Below are positions 1 through 12,160 of a DNA stretch of 64,000 bases, piece after piece. The notes beneath the pieces were generated by a model. It saw only the letters and a program-made list of their open reading frames with translations. It did not search any database and had not been told where the DNA came from. Made by a program: the position numbers and the translations under genes. The stretch lies in assembly GCF_006345805.1 (NCBI RefSeq), contig NC_043005.1, forward strand, positions 37,262,001 through 37,326,000. Direction: 5' to 3'. Origin of the DNA: Octopus sinensis (Eukaryota). Position 1 is the first letter of the stretch. The number at the start of each line of letters is the position of its first letter.

Positions 1-137
1 ATATATATATATGTATGTGTGTGTGTATGTATGTGTCTTTGTATCTGTGTTTATCCCCTACTTGTCCAACTGGTGTTGGCATGTTTACTTCCCTGTAATT
101 TAGCAGTTCAGTAAAAGAGACCAATAGAATAAGTTCT

Positions 138-448
138 TTATTTACATTATTTACATTTGATGGATATTTGTTTTCATCTTGTTAGTTGTTAACACAATGT
201 TTCGGCTGATACACCCTCCAGCCTTCATCAGGTGTCTTGGAGAAATTTAGAACCTGGGTTCTCATTCCTAAGATATTTTTCAATGTTATTATTAGGAATG
301 AGAACCCAGATTTGAAATTTTGCCAAGAGACCTGATGAAGGCTGGAGGGTATATCAGCCGAAATGTGTTAACAACAAACAAGATGAGGACAAATATCTGT
401 CAAATGTAAATAATGTACATTATTCCTCATCTCTTAAATATAGAACAA
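138..448. mobile_element. Fold-back non-autonomous element, probably Penelope-like (PLE)-derived, with a hammerhead-like core in each arm
   Basis: Inverted arms 143-271 and 292-417 around a 20-nt loop; 10-bp target-site duplication; CTGATGA..GAAA core in both arms. Confidence 0.75.
191..236 (-). ncRNA. Minimal type I hammerhead ribozyme-like motif (degenerate stem III)
   Basis: Minus strand reads GACAC-CUGAUGA-A-GGCUG-(10 nt)-CAGCC-GAAA-CAUU-GUGUU. Stem I is GACAC/GUGUU, stem II has 5 bp, and stem III AACAUU is one transition from the palindrome AACGUU. Confidence 0.6.
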
Positions 449-2446
449 AATAAGTTCTAGGCTTAAAAAATAAGTCTTAGGGTTGATTTGTTTTTACTAA
501 AACCCTTCAAGGCGATACTCCAGCATGGCCACAGTCGAATGACTGAAACAAGTAGAAGAAAAAAGATAAAAGAAAAAGATATATACATACTGACAAGAGT
601 GGAAATAAACATATGAACATATCTCCATTCTTGTTATTTCTCTATATACTCTGTGTTCTGAAAATTGATGCACAACAACAATCAGATATTTCATGAAAAT
701 TTTTCAAGTTTTTTTCTCCACGGATGCATCTTTCACACTCTGAACAAACACACAGCGTTCTAACATTAGTTTTATGTCATACCCTATATATATCGTGCTC
801 TGTACAAGAATGTGTGTGTATGCTTGTATGATTTCACACATGTATATGTATTTGTGTATAGGAATAAGTGTATATTCATGTACATGTATCTAAATGTATA
901 TAGATATGTGTAAATTTGTGAATATGTATGTCTAGTGATTTTGGTATACATACATGTATATGCACATTTATGTAAACAAATATATTCATAAACACTAAAC
1001 TAAGTAAACACACACACACACACACACACATATGTATATATACTCATACACGCAAACAAATTAACTGTATCTTTTCTAACATGTTTATTATCATCATCAA
1101 CAACAACACTGAAGATATTATTATTTCCATCATTTATTCATGTCGTTTATCTATATTTTCATCATTCTCTTTTTACATCAACCTTTGTGGCACCACAAAT
1201 AGTTGTTTACAAAGGTAAAAAATAAACTTGGACGGAAAAATTAAAAAAACAAAATAAAACATTTCTCCAATAATTTTCTATATTTGAACTGACTTTGTTT
1301 TAAGATAATTTCAAACACCAATATGAACTTCTACCTGTTTTATATATTTCCATTTTTATCCAACATTCTATACTGTAAAGTTAACTCTGTGCTTAAAAGT
1401 TTTGTGAGTAAATGCCTAATTTTTATTATAATACGCAAACACTCCAATATGAGGATGAAAGTATGTGGTCTGGTTGTTAAAAAGTTAGGTTTCTAATCAT
1501 AAGGATGTGGGTTTGATTCCTGGACTAGTGTGCATGTTGTGTCTTTGAAGAAGGCTCTTGGTTTAAGGTTGATCCAGTCCACTCTGTTAGACTGTGTATG
1601 GGTATGTATACGGCTGCTAGTGCTGCTCTCTCTCCTTCCAGCTATCACATCTTTGGTGTTCTACTTAATGCTAAAACGGTATCTATGTCTTCTTGCATCA
1701 ACATATCCTAATACATTTCACAAATTCACAGTATGTACTACCAGATAGTACTCATTTGCTAGTGACAACTATGTGGTTTTTATATTTTCTTTTGTTTTTG
1801 AATATGTAAATGTTTAAATGTTTAACCAAAGCAGTGACATGATATTAGCTTATCATCAGTCACTGATTCTGCGAGTTTCATTAGAGACTACACTAGTCAT
1901 ATAATTTCTCTAATCACTGTGTAATAAATTGCAATAAAGTCCTCCATAACAATGCTTTGCAGATAAAATCATGCTGAGAACATAACTGCATTTATTCAGT
2001 ACTTTTGCAGCAAAACAATATAATCTAATTTCAAAAGTCACTGAAATGCCCTACAGAACAATAGACACCATATATGTTTAGAGGAATATAGCTCTAAAAC
2101 ACTATTTGTTTTTCATTCTTGAGTTCTTAGGATTCATGTGGCCAGATACCCAGTTTCCATAGTATGTAAGTGACCAAGATCTCAATAATTCTCCTGAACA
2201 GGACACCAGTCCACTGCAGAGCTTAATGACAGCAATTTTTGTGGGGAAAGGACAAGTTAATTGCACTGACTCCAGTGCTTGACTGAGTTCAGTGGGATTT
2301 GAACTCAGAATATAAAAAACTGGTTGAAATGCTGTTTAGTATTTTTTCTGAAATGTTAACAATTCTGCTAGTTTGCTGCCTTAAAACCCAATTAAGACTA
2401 TGCAAAATTCCATAGTTTCATATTTAAAAAAAAAAAAATTCACATA

Positions 2447-2664
2447 TTAAACCTTTTGTTACCCTATTTCTGTTGAGATACTCTGTGTTTCTTTCAATTA
2501 ATTTAAAATATAACAGAGAATTTAGTAAAATTAAGCTAGTGTTAGGAATGTAAAATTGTGACTAAGGTTTGGTGAAAGATCTTAATGCAGAACGTTTGAA
2601 AAGAGAGACATTTGTACTACAGAGCCAGAGGCAGTTTCAGGTGAGTTGGTATCAAAGGGTTTAA
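2447..2664. mobile_element. piggyBac-type MITE
   Basis: TTAA at both ends, imperfect TIRs (accttttgttac / gtatcaaagggt). An inverted-orientation sister copy lies at 25456-25684. Confidence 0.65.
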
Positions 2665-3169
2665 ATTAGCTACAATTTCAATTTCTTATCTTCCTCAAAA
2701 CACTGAACCAAGGAACAGAGTTGACCAAACACAAATGGAACCTAACTTAAATTGCAATCACATCTAGATACTTACATGACAGTGTGTACATTCTCTGTTT
2801 TTCCCACGTATTCTTCCCTTTCTCTTGTAAATTGTTGTATTTTGTCCCAGACACATTCCTTTTTCTCTCATTCATCCTACACTTCCTATTTTCATTCACA
2901 TACCCTTTTTATTCCTTCATCATATCAACTTCTCCTTCTTCAAGATGCTGATCCAAGGTGCAAGTTCATCATATAAATAGCATTATATACTCCATCTACC
3001 TGACTTATTAAGTTTCAACCTTTAAATATCTTCTTTGACCTTCGACCAACTCATTGCACATTTATGTTTACTCTGGTCAGTGAGAGTCAACAGGTCAAAC
3101 TTTATTTACAAAGATAAACATCAATATTTCCTCATAGACAAATCTAAATAAAAAAAACTGGCTTTTCAA

Positions 3170-3540
3170 TTATTCATTCCTATACTCCCTACATTTTTCT
3201 CTTCCTTTTTTTATCACTCTCTTTTCTTTTTCCTCTACTTTTCCTTCTAATGTTTTTTTTTATTATTTATCTGTTTTTTGTTTAGTTTTTCTTTCTACCT
3301 TTCTCCTATTCTTCTCCCTCTCTTTATCAGTCTCTCCCTTTTAACCTTTCCCTCTGTCTCTCATTACCTCTTACTCTATTCTTTTCTCTTCCATTTCTTC
3401 TGCTTTTCTCTTTCTGTTACTTTCATCTTTGTTCTCTTATTTTCATCTCTTTCTTTTTTTTTTGGCTTTCTCTTATCTTATTCATGCTCTTTCACCCTCT
3501 CTCTCCTTCCTATTTCTCGTTTTCATTCCATTTCTTACTT
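3170..3540. repeat. Pyrimidine-rich (C/T) low-complexity tract
   Basis: Almost purely T/C sequence; source of the spurious F/S/L-rich ORF 3278-3622. Confidence 0.85.
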
Positions 3541-4835
3541 CCCTCATCATACAATGTCAGTGGCAGGTTTGAACACCTTCATTTTAGTTCCATATTTCAT
3601 TTGCTCCCCACTCCGCACATAGCATTTCTTCAGTTGTCATGGTGATTTAAAGATCAAGTGTAAGTCAGAAAGCTGTCCTATTCCTTCAAAATGATAGTTT
3701 AAGCTTATGCATATCTACAGTAAATTTCTGTCCATGCAAAAATTGTATACATGCCTCTATAAAGTTCACATATTTATCAACCATTAAGTGAAAAAAATCT
3801 GTGGATTTGGTAAATGGCATTTTTGCTTTTACTTTCTAAAAGACTGCATGCCTTCTATTCCAGTTTTCCTTTTTCTTTTGTCTTCTTTAACATTCCACAA
3901 CTCCCCATCTCACACACTAAATCATGACAATGTATAATTGTATTTTTGTTATTTTTTGTTTAACATCTTTATTATTTTTTAAATTCCTGTAAAAGGGTTA
4001 ACGTGCCTTAAGTAAGTATACTGAGTTTACAATAAATTTCAACAATTTATGTGAAATATCTGCTAAGAAAATGCTAAGAGATTCAGCTGTTTTATTTATG
4101 GGTGGCAAAATAAATTTTTCTTCCCTAGAAAATAACAGACTTGGTAATGTTGAGGATATTGTTGTTGCTATTGTTATAAAGGATGTTAGCGCTAATAGGG
4201 TGATTGTGATTCCAACTGGCTTAATGGTGATAAAACCCTCAGAGATTTAAAGAAACTTTGATTCAGTAAGACATCATTTTTTAGTTTTGCTTTGTGTTGT
4301 TTCTTAAATTTTGTCTTTTATTTATAGGGATTTTACTATAAACCATTTGTGGTTGAGGAGATTGAGTACGTTAAAGACAAGAAGGGTTGAGAATTAATGG
4401 TTGCTGTCATTCTAACACGTTTGTGAAGAAATTAAGCTAGAGGATGATAGAATAAGTTATACAGACCAAGTTATTCTTTGATATGCTTGTGATGCAATGC
4501 TAATATGAAGCATACATGGAGAATACATTTATTAGAAGCTATTCCTGTCTCAAAAAGGTTTCAAATCAGTGGCGTTAAACACCTGGTTCTTCTGCTATTC
4601 CTACCATATTCTTATGCATTATAATGCCAGGCAAGTGAAGTATGAAGATTTAATGCATCACCATAGTACCTTACATCTCAAAATTCTTTATCTAAATAAC
4701 TAACACCTAATTGTCTTTGACTATTGAATATTTTTACCATTTTAGAGACTAACCTAAAAGAAAAATTTATGAGAAACGCTTTTTGCTTCCTCACCATACT
4801 TTAGACATATGTTGTAATTAAATATTGTTGTTCTT

Positions 4836-5096
4836 ATTCTTTTATTCGTTTCAGTCATTTTGACATGCTGGAACACTGCCTTAAAGGGTTTTTAATCAAA
4901 GAACTCTAACCCAGGACTTATTCTTTGTAAGCCTAGTACTTGTTATATTGGTCTGTTTTGCTGAAGTGCTAAGTTACAAGGACATAAACACATCAACATT
5001 GGGCGGGGTGACAAACACAGATACAAAGATACACACACATACCCACACACATATATGATGGGCTTCTTTCAGTTTCCATCAACCAAATTCACTCAA
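4836..5096 (-). mobile_element. SINE family A, partial
   Basis: Shares gtttcagtcatttgac, cccaggacttattctttgtaagcctagtact and cttctttcagtttcc with other copies. Confidence 0.8.
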
Positions 5097-5694
5097 TCTT
5101 TATATTTTTCAATATGCGTTACTATGGTGAGGATTATATGCATACACACACACACTAAAGTCTCAAGACATAAGAAAACAAGAATTGCATTACAGTCATC
5201 ATATGTTTTAACCATGCACAGCTAAAACATTCAGAGTTACTATCAATGCTAAGATTTAAAACGTCTGATGTTATTCTGTGGCAACCACAATACATTACAT
5301 AACCACCAGTTTATCTCCATGAATCAGCCTAATCCTTAAAATCAGAAAATAATTCTAATGGGATGTTATTAAGGACCACTCCCAATTTAGGATGAAACCT
5401 ATATATGTGGTACCCTAGCTATCATGAATTTCTAAACAATTAGAAGCAAGACAGTACAATAAGCCACATCATCATGAGAATATAGTTAAAACTTGATGCG
5501 ACTGGAAATATATCATTTTTAATGTTGGAAATTTAAGTAGATGGAGCTATAAATAATAGTGTTTAGAATATTGGGTTGAAAAATCCCTTGGATAGAATAT
5601 TGTCAAATTCTCACAGGCAGTATTCAACTGTTTCCATCCAAAGGGTTTTTTAAAATTAATATTCAGAATGTTATTATTTCTAATATACACAAAG

Positions 5695-5870
5695 TGGCAA
5701 GCTGGTAGAATCATTGGCATGCTGGGCAAAATGCTTAGTGGCATTTCATCCGTCTTTACATTCTGAGTTCGAATTCCACTGAGGTTTATTTTACCTTTTA
5801 TATTTTTGGGGTTGATAAAACAAGTACCAGTCGAACATGGGGGTTCAGTGTAACAGACTTATGCCCAATC
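5695..5870 (+). mobile_element. SINE family B (tRNA-like head)
   Basis: gcaagctggtagaatc...ttctgagttcgaattcc (B-box-like)...gttgataaaacaagtaccagt; same family as 12925-13150. Confidence 0.8.
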
Positions 5871-5889
5871 CCCAAATTTCTGGCCTTAC

Positions 5890-6267
5890 TCTTTTACTTG
5901 TTTCAGTCATTTGACTGCAGCCATGCTGGAGCACCGCCTTTAATTGAACAACTCGACCCCGGGACTTATTCTTTGTAAGCCCAGTCTTATTCAATCGGTC
6001 TCTTTTGCCGAACCGCTAAGTGACGGGGACATAAACACACCAATATCAGTTGTCAAGCAATGCTAGGGGGACAAACACAGACACACACACACATATATAT
6101 ATACATATATACAACGGGCTTCTTTCAGTTTCCGTCTACCAAATCCACTCACAAGGCTTTGGTCGGCCCGAGGCTATAGTAGAAGACACTTGCCCAAGGT
6201 GCCATGCAGTGGGACTGAACTCGGAACCATATGGTTGGTAAACAAGCTACTTACCACACAGCCACTC
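5890..6267 (-). mobile_element. SINE family A, near full length and well preserved
   Basis: tRNA-like head on the minus strand, internal (CA/TA) microsatellite and retained CpGs; many paralogues in this window. It probably corresponds to a described Octopus SINE (OR/OK type), but I cannot assign a name without a library. Confidence 0.9.
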
Positions 6268-7609
6268 TATGAAATCATTATTTCTATTCTACATGTTAGT
6301 CTAAGTGCATGTATCACAGACCTTTAGGAGAATGAACAAACAAATACTGTTACATTTAGAGGTGATTCTTCTGTGATCAGTCCACTTCCTACCAAAATAT
6401 TTCATTTCTTTCCTTCTATAAATACATAACCCAGTTAGAAACCAAACTAGATTGATATTATCACTGTGTGTTGGAACTAAGTTCCATGAAAATTAAATTT
6501 GCTTTTCAATGTTGATTACTAGTTGGAAAAAGCAGCACCTAGTTGGAACAACTGGCTTCAGTTGCTGTTATGGTGCCTTTGGGAAAGACTCAAGCACTAT
6601 AGTTTTTCATTCATGCCTTATCTCATGATTTTAAAACTTCATGCTTTATTAAGAAACCATTATTGCTGTATGTATTAAGCTAAAATATTAATGTAGTATA
6701 AATGTAATTTATTGGCTAGGTTTAAAGTGTGTGCAAACAGCAATTTGTAATTCCGTTGCTAAAAGAACAAAACTAAAAATAAAATATACAACTAGGAAAA
6801 AGCAAATATTAATACAATAAATGGTATCATTGATCTTTTTTTCTCCCTTCATTACAATTATTCATCCATTTTTTCACTCTCTTTTGATGGAAAATATAGT
6901 CTGAAAGCATAGAAATATAAGCATGAGATAGCGGTCATCAAAGCATGGTCTTTGAAGCAATGGCTGTCGAGATTTTTCCCATTTTCCCTCTGTGGTGTGA
7001 TAGAAGAAACTTGTTTTTAATGAATTCTGCTGCATGTGTACGTCTAACATTTACCAACACCATTAGTTCATATTATTTATTCAGATAAAAGACTACTTTG
7101 ATGATGACATAATCTCACTATATGACAGAAAAACACAGAAAACAATGTTGAAATTAAGTTTTCAATTTTAGCTTGGAATTTGATAAAATAAAAAAAATTT
7201 GGTTTAGTTAAAAGTTCTTTATATTTATTAATTCGGTTACTTTTATTATGTATGTAGCATTAAACATTCATTTTGGTAATTTCTGGCATAAAATATTTGC
7301 AGTCTTGTTTTAAAAAAAAACTGTTTTTTTTCTGGCTCTGTGATTTTAAATTCATCATCATCATCATTTCAGTGTCCATATTTCTATGCTTGTATAGGTC
7401 AGACTGTTTTTATTTCCTATGGCTTGGTGCACCTCCTGTCTCCAACCCTCTCCTGTTTCCAAGCAAGGTAATATTTCCCCTTTGCCCAGACATGTTTTCT
7501 CAGAATATTGGCAATGAATGACACTGCTTTTATGACAGTGACAATCATAATAGTTACATGATAGCTAAACAAGGAGACACAAGTACATGTACATGCCTAT
7601 TCACATAAT

Positions 7610-8180
7610 CATATGGTTGTCAAGGGTATATATACTTTAAGTATGATTACATAGATGGCTATTTAAAGTTAATGCTGTTTCTGTTGCTTACACTGAGTTT
7701 TTATTCATCTTGCTGGCTTTCTGCACTTTCACCATTTCCTATATATTGGAGGAAACAGATTTCATCTTAGTATGTTGCAATCAATTATACATCATTAACA
7801 GGGCTCAAGGAAGCTGAATCATATCTGGAATTCTAATGCTGAGATGATTTTCATCTTGCTCTGATATATATTGTGGTTTTATACAGAGGTTTTCTCTCAA
7901 ATAAAAACCACAGCCTCATGCCTGTCAAAAATGTATATATGCTAAGTATAATATATAGATGGCTGTATTGATAACTAATGTATATGTTGTCATTGTTATC
8001 ACAGATTTTACATCCACTTTTTCTATACTGGCATGGATTGCATCAGGTTTCTGGAGATAGATTTTCTCTCAGAGAAAAAGCATAGCATCATACCTGTCAA
8101 CAGTGTATATACTTTAAATACAACACATAGATGGCTATTTTAATTAGATGCTGTTTCAGTTGTGTACACTGAGTTTTTAA
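7610..8180. repeat. Old degenerate local triplication (unit about 150-170 bp)
   Basis: gtcaa..gtatatat..aa.ta..a.atagatggct recurs near 7620-7660, 7925-7965 and 8095-8136. gctgtttc.gttg..tacactgagttttta is shared by copies 1 and 3. Confidence 0.65.
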
Positions 8181-8804
8181 TTATTAATATATTTATTAAT
8201 ACATATTTATGAGTTTGATGCTTACATTAATTGCCAAATTTCAGATCTCTCTCTCTATATATTATTGATTGAAATTTCAACCTGAACAGCCTATTACTAT
8301 TGTGTGTTTCTTCAGGAATATTTAGTCGTTCGTTTTAGTTATTGTTTCATGTCCTAAGTACCGGTAATTACATAAATACATATATATATATAGCATCAAT
8401 AGAATTTGAAATTGCTGTTAGCAAATTTCTGGTGTTATTGAATGAAATTGAAAATAACAAATGAATGAAAATAATTAAAATAAATACAGAAATTCCTGAG
8501 TGAACAATATTAGAATGAATATTGAAAGAAGTTGAATAAAAGAATGAATGAAACATTAAGTGAAATATATTGATATGATGAAGGAAGGCTTAAATTAATG
8601 AGACAATAAATAGATGAAAGATTGAATGAAATATAGTGAATGGATGGAAGATCAATCCTGTGAGAAAAGATAAAGAAGTGAAGGTATGACAATGCTGAAG
8701 TATCTAATGTGGCCTGTAATGGGAAGAATTTAACATTTCTTCTTGCACATGCACACACATTCATGCATAAACATGAAGATGTACAAATATAAGTATGTAC
8801 ATAT

Positions 8805-8857
8805 GTATGTGAATCTATGTTTGTGTGTGCGTGCGTGTGTGTGTGTATGTGTGTGTA

Positions 8858-8893
<36 letters not shown>

Positions 8894-8981
8894 GGTGAAT
8901 GGATGGATGGATATAGAGACAGATAGATATATGGGCATAAATGTATGTCTATATATGTATATATCTGTGTGTATATATATA

Positions 8982-9029
<48 letters not shown>

Positions 9030-9038
9030 ATATATATA

Positions 9039-9074
<36 letters not shown>

Positions 9075-9075
9075 C
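8805..9075. repeat. Compound microsatellite (TG)n/(TATG)n/(TGGA)n/(TA)n
   Basis: Direct reading; source of ORFs 8510-9175, 8815-9132 and 8817-9260. Confidence 0.95.
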
Positions 9076-10035
9076 TTTTGAAACCTGCCAGCACCATTTC
9101 AGCCATAATGATAAATGATTTAGTTTTAGCATCCTTACCCTCCCTTCTTCTCCTTCTCTTCTTTCCCACGCTCAATTCCTCCTTTTTCTCTCACTCTATC
9201 TATCCCACTCTCCTTTTCTGTCTCTTCACACTTTCCCATAGAGAAGAACACAAAGAATAGAAATATCCATTCTGGTGTAATTTGAAAGTGACAGCCTCTC
9301 CCAATGATCACCAACACTAGCCATTGTCTTACTCTGGCACACAGGTTTGATTAAATGCCATTATGGTTTGATGATACCCACAACTGGCTCCACTATCGCC
9401 AGTGGTCATTGCAATGGATAAACAAAAGCAAGCCATTGTGGGTTGGTGGGGGGTAGGGGAAAATTGTGTGTCTGAGAGTGGGGAGGGGGTTAGAAATATT
9501 GGCGTGGTGAGTTATTGAACCAGCAGATATTTCTGAAGATGCTGTAAGAATGAAGGCTGTAAGGTTAAAAGATTAAATTGCGAAGCGAATCAATAGGTTT
9601 TGCGTTTGTCAAAGTGTTTGTAATAATTGTTCCTTTAATTAGACACCAAAACCTTTAGTGTTATATGGAAACAACCAAAGGAGAGAAAAATGGAAATTGA
9701 GATAGCGATGCTGTTTCGTTTGTTGAAGATTTAATAAAGTTCATTGAAATGCATAATAAAATGTGAATTATTTATTACAAAACAAAAAAAAAAAGGAAAA
9801 AGTGAAAATCCAAAGGAAAAATTATCATCCTCATAATCATCATCATCACCATCCTCATTTAACATCCATTTTCCATGATAGCATGGGTTGGACAGCTTAA
9901 TAGGAGCTGGTGACCTAGAAGAGAGAATCAAACACCTATGCTTACTTGAGCATGGTTTCTATGGCTGGATACCATTCCTGATGCCAGCCACTTTAGAGAG
10001 TGACTGAAGTTTTTTATTTTGTTTTGTTTGCTTTT

Positions 10036-10083
10036 GTGCACCTTGTAGTGATGTGCACCTTGTAGTGATGTGCACCTTGTAGT
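10036..10083. repeat. 17-bp tandem repeat, about 2.8 copies (GTGCACCTTGTAGTGAT)
   Basis: Exact copies start at 10036, 10053 and 10070. Confidence 0.95.
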
Positions 10084-10322
10084 TTGTGAGCCTAAGGCCC
10101 TAAAGTGACTCCTACAACTGAGGGAAGTTAGAAGAAAAAATGGACAATTATCCTAGGCAGTAAGATGAAGGTTGCTAAGAGAGAGAAAGAGAGAGAGAGA
10201 ATAGAGGTATATATTTCAGGCAATAAGGAAGAAGGAAGTAATTGGTAGCAAGGTTAAGAAAAGGAGTGATAAAAGTAGAAATGGTGATAGGGTGGAGTTG
10301 TGTAAGTGGTAAGGGTTTAGAA

Positions 10323-10960
10323 CAATGGTTCTCAGTTGGGGTCTGTATGACCCTTGTGGTTCCATGTAAGATTTTGTTCAAATTTATGTGTGATAAATTG
10401 CTTATACTTCTACAATATTCTTTTCTTTTACTTGAGTCATTTGACTGTGGCCATGCAGGAGCACCACCTTGAAGGGATTTTTAGTTGAACAAATCAACCT
10501 CAGGACTTATTTCTTAAGCCTAGTACTTATTTTATTGGTCTCTTTATTATGTTATGGGGATGTAAACACACCAACACCAGTTGTCAAGCAGTGAAAGGGG
10601 GACAAACACAGACAGACAAACACACACATGCACAAAGATATATACATATACTCTGTATATACATTAGGCTTCTTTCAGTTTCTGTCTACCAAATCCATTC
10701 TAAGTTTTTGTCAACCCGAGGATAAATTACAAGACACTTGCTCAAGGTGCTATGCAGTGGGACTGAACCCAGAATCATGTTGTTAGGAAGTAAGTTTCTT
10801 ACCATACAGCCATCTTTTTACATTATTCCTAATAATAATTAATTATAAAAACACAGCAGAATTTTTAGTATACAGCAAATGGCTATGGAGGTCCAGTGGA
10901 GTAAAATAAGAATCACAGGTGTCCATAGGCAAAAAAAAAAAAAAAGATTGAGAATCACTG
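10323..10960. mobile_element. hAT (Charlie-like) MITE with a nested SINE
   Basis: Termini CAATGGTTCTCA / TGAGAATCACTG; 8-bp flanks GTTTAGAA and GTCTAGAA (7/8 identical, NTCTAGAN-like). Confidence 0.7.
10424..10812 (-). mobile_element. SINE family A nested in the hAT MITE
   Basis: Colinear with 5890-6267. Confidence 0.85.
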
Positions 10961-11109
10961 GTCTAGAACTATCCAGAATTATATAAAGAAAACTTTATTT
11001 TAGCATGCAGATTCATTTTTGCTATGGTATGTAGGAGGGCTTCAAAACATATTTGCTGATGATAGCATACACCAGAGCAATGTTGTTTGTCTTTTCTTTT
11101 TAGGATTTA

Positions 11110-11166
<57 letters not shown>

Positions 11167-11608
11167 TTTCATTCACTTACTCACGCACTCATATATCAGC
11201 ATATATATATGCATATGCATTTACTCACAAGCTGATGACTGTACCTTCAGAATATAAGCTAGATAATGTATGTTACACTTAATTATATTCTTGTAAATAT
11301 TGCAGGCAAAAGTTCCATTAAAACAGCAAACACCCATTAGATTGTGAATATTAATTTTCATTTTAATTTCTAGTTCTGCATGAAAACCATTCATCTTATT
11401 GAAGTGCATATATGGTAATACATACATACATGTATGTATTACCAGATATAGGGAGAGAGTTGGGTGCATGCAAAAACATATACACACTCACACTGTCATA
11501 GACACAAAATTATATATATATATATACATACATATATACATATATATATGTTTGACTGTTGTGTGTTTGTCTATGCTTGTTTATAGACATGAGTATGTGT
11601 GTGCACAT

Positions 11609-11644
<36 letters not shown>

Positions 11645-11647
11645 TCA

Positions 11648-11785
11648 TTCATGGTTGTGTGGTTAAGAAGTTTGCTTCTCAACCCCAGAGTTTCAGGTTC
11701 AGTTCTCTTGTATGGAATTTTTGGCTGACCAAAGCCTTTTGAGTTGATTTAGTAGACAGAAAATTACAGAATTCCTTTGTGTGTG
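11648..11785 (+). mobile_element. SINE family A head fragment
   Basis: tggttgtgtggttaagaagtttgcttc...caaagccttttgagttgatttagtagacagaaa. Confidence 0.75.
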
Positions 11786-11854
11786 TTTGTGTATGTGATT
11801 TACATACAAAATAAGCACATGTATGAATATATAGATATATAAAAAAACAGAACA

Positions 11855-12160
11855 TTCGAGCAAGGACGTTGCCAGTGCCACTGGACTGACTCCTGTGCAG
11901 GTGGCACATAAAAAGCACCATTTGAGCGTGGCCATTGCTAGTACCACCTAACTGGCCATTGTGCCAGTGGCACGTTAAAGCACCCACCACACTCTCGGAG
12001 TGGTTGGCATTAGGAAGGGCATCCATGTGTAGAAACTCTGCCAGATCAGATTGGAGTCTGGTGCAGCCATCTGGTTTGCCAGTCCACAGTCAAATTGTCC
12101 AACCCATGCTAGCATGGAAAGTGAACATTAAACGATGATGTGGATGATGATGATGATAAA
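11855..12160 (+). mobile_element. Family C repeat (RTE-type 3' tail ending catgctagcatggaaa..ttaaacgatgatgat)
   Basis: Same family at about 9838-10010, 14290-14387, 18690-18850, 27555-27790, 34675-34870, 36585-36780, 37440-37640, 42868-43030 and 44399-44620. Confidence 0.85.

Larger units (their letters stand above)
40..557 (+). mobile_element. SINE family A copy (3' half), split by a 311-bp fold-back insertion at 138-448
   Basis: 40-137 and 449-557 match consecutive parts of the family A sequence seen intact at 5890-6267 and 44743-45172. AATAAGTTCT is duplicated at 128-137 and 449-458. Confidence 0.85.

Noticed and set aside
3648-3665. AAGATCAAGTGTA, identical to a piece of U2 snRNA
   Set aside because: Only about 13 nt match and the flanks show no U2 similarity; likely chance.
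4140-4250. Minus-strand T/I/L-rich reading frame resembling a mitochondrial insert (NUMT)
   Set aside because: No recognisable mitochondrial protein motif; explained by AAC/ATC low complexity.
8510-9260. Longest ORFs in the track (221, 147 and 105 aa) and similar Y/I/H/T/C/V-rich ORFs at 11-13, 16, 19-21, 31, 42, 44 and 59-60 kb
   Set aside because: They are translations of (TA)n/(CA)n/(TG)n microsatellites that lack stops by composition; no domain signal.
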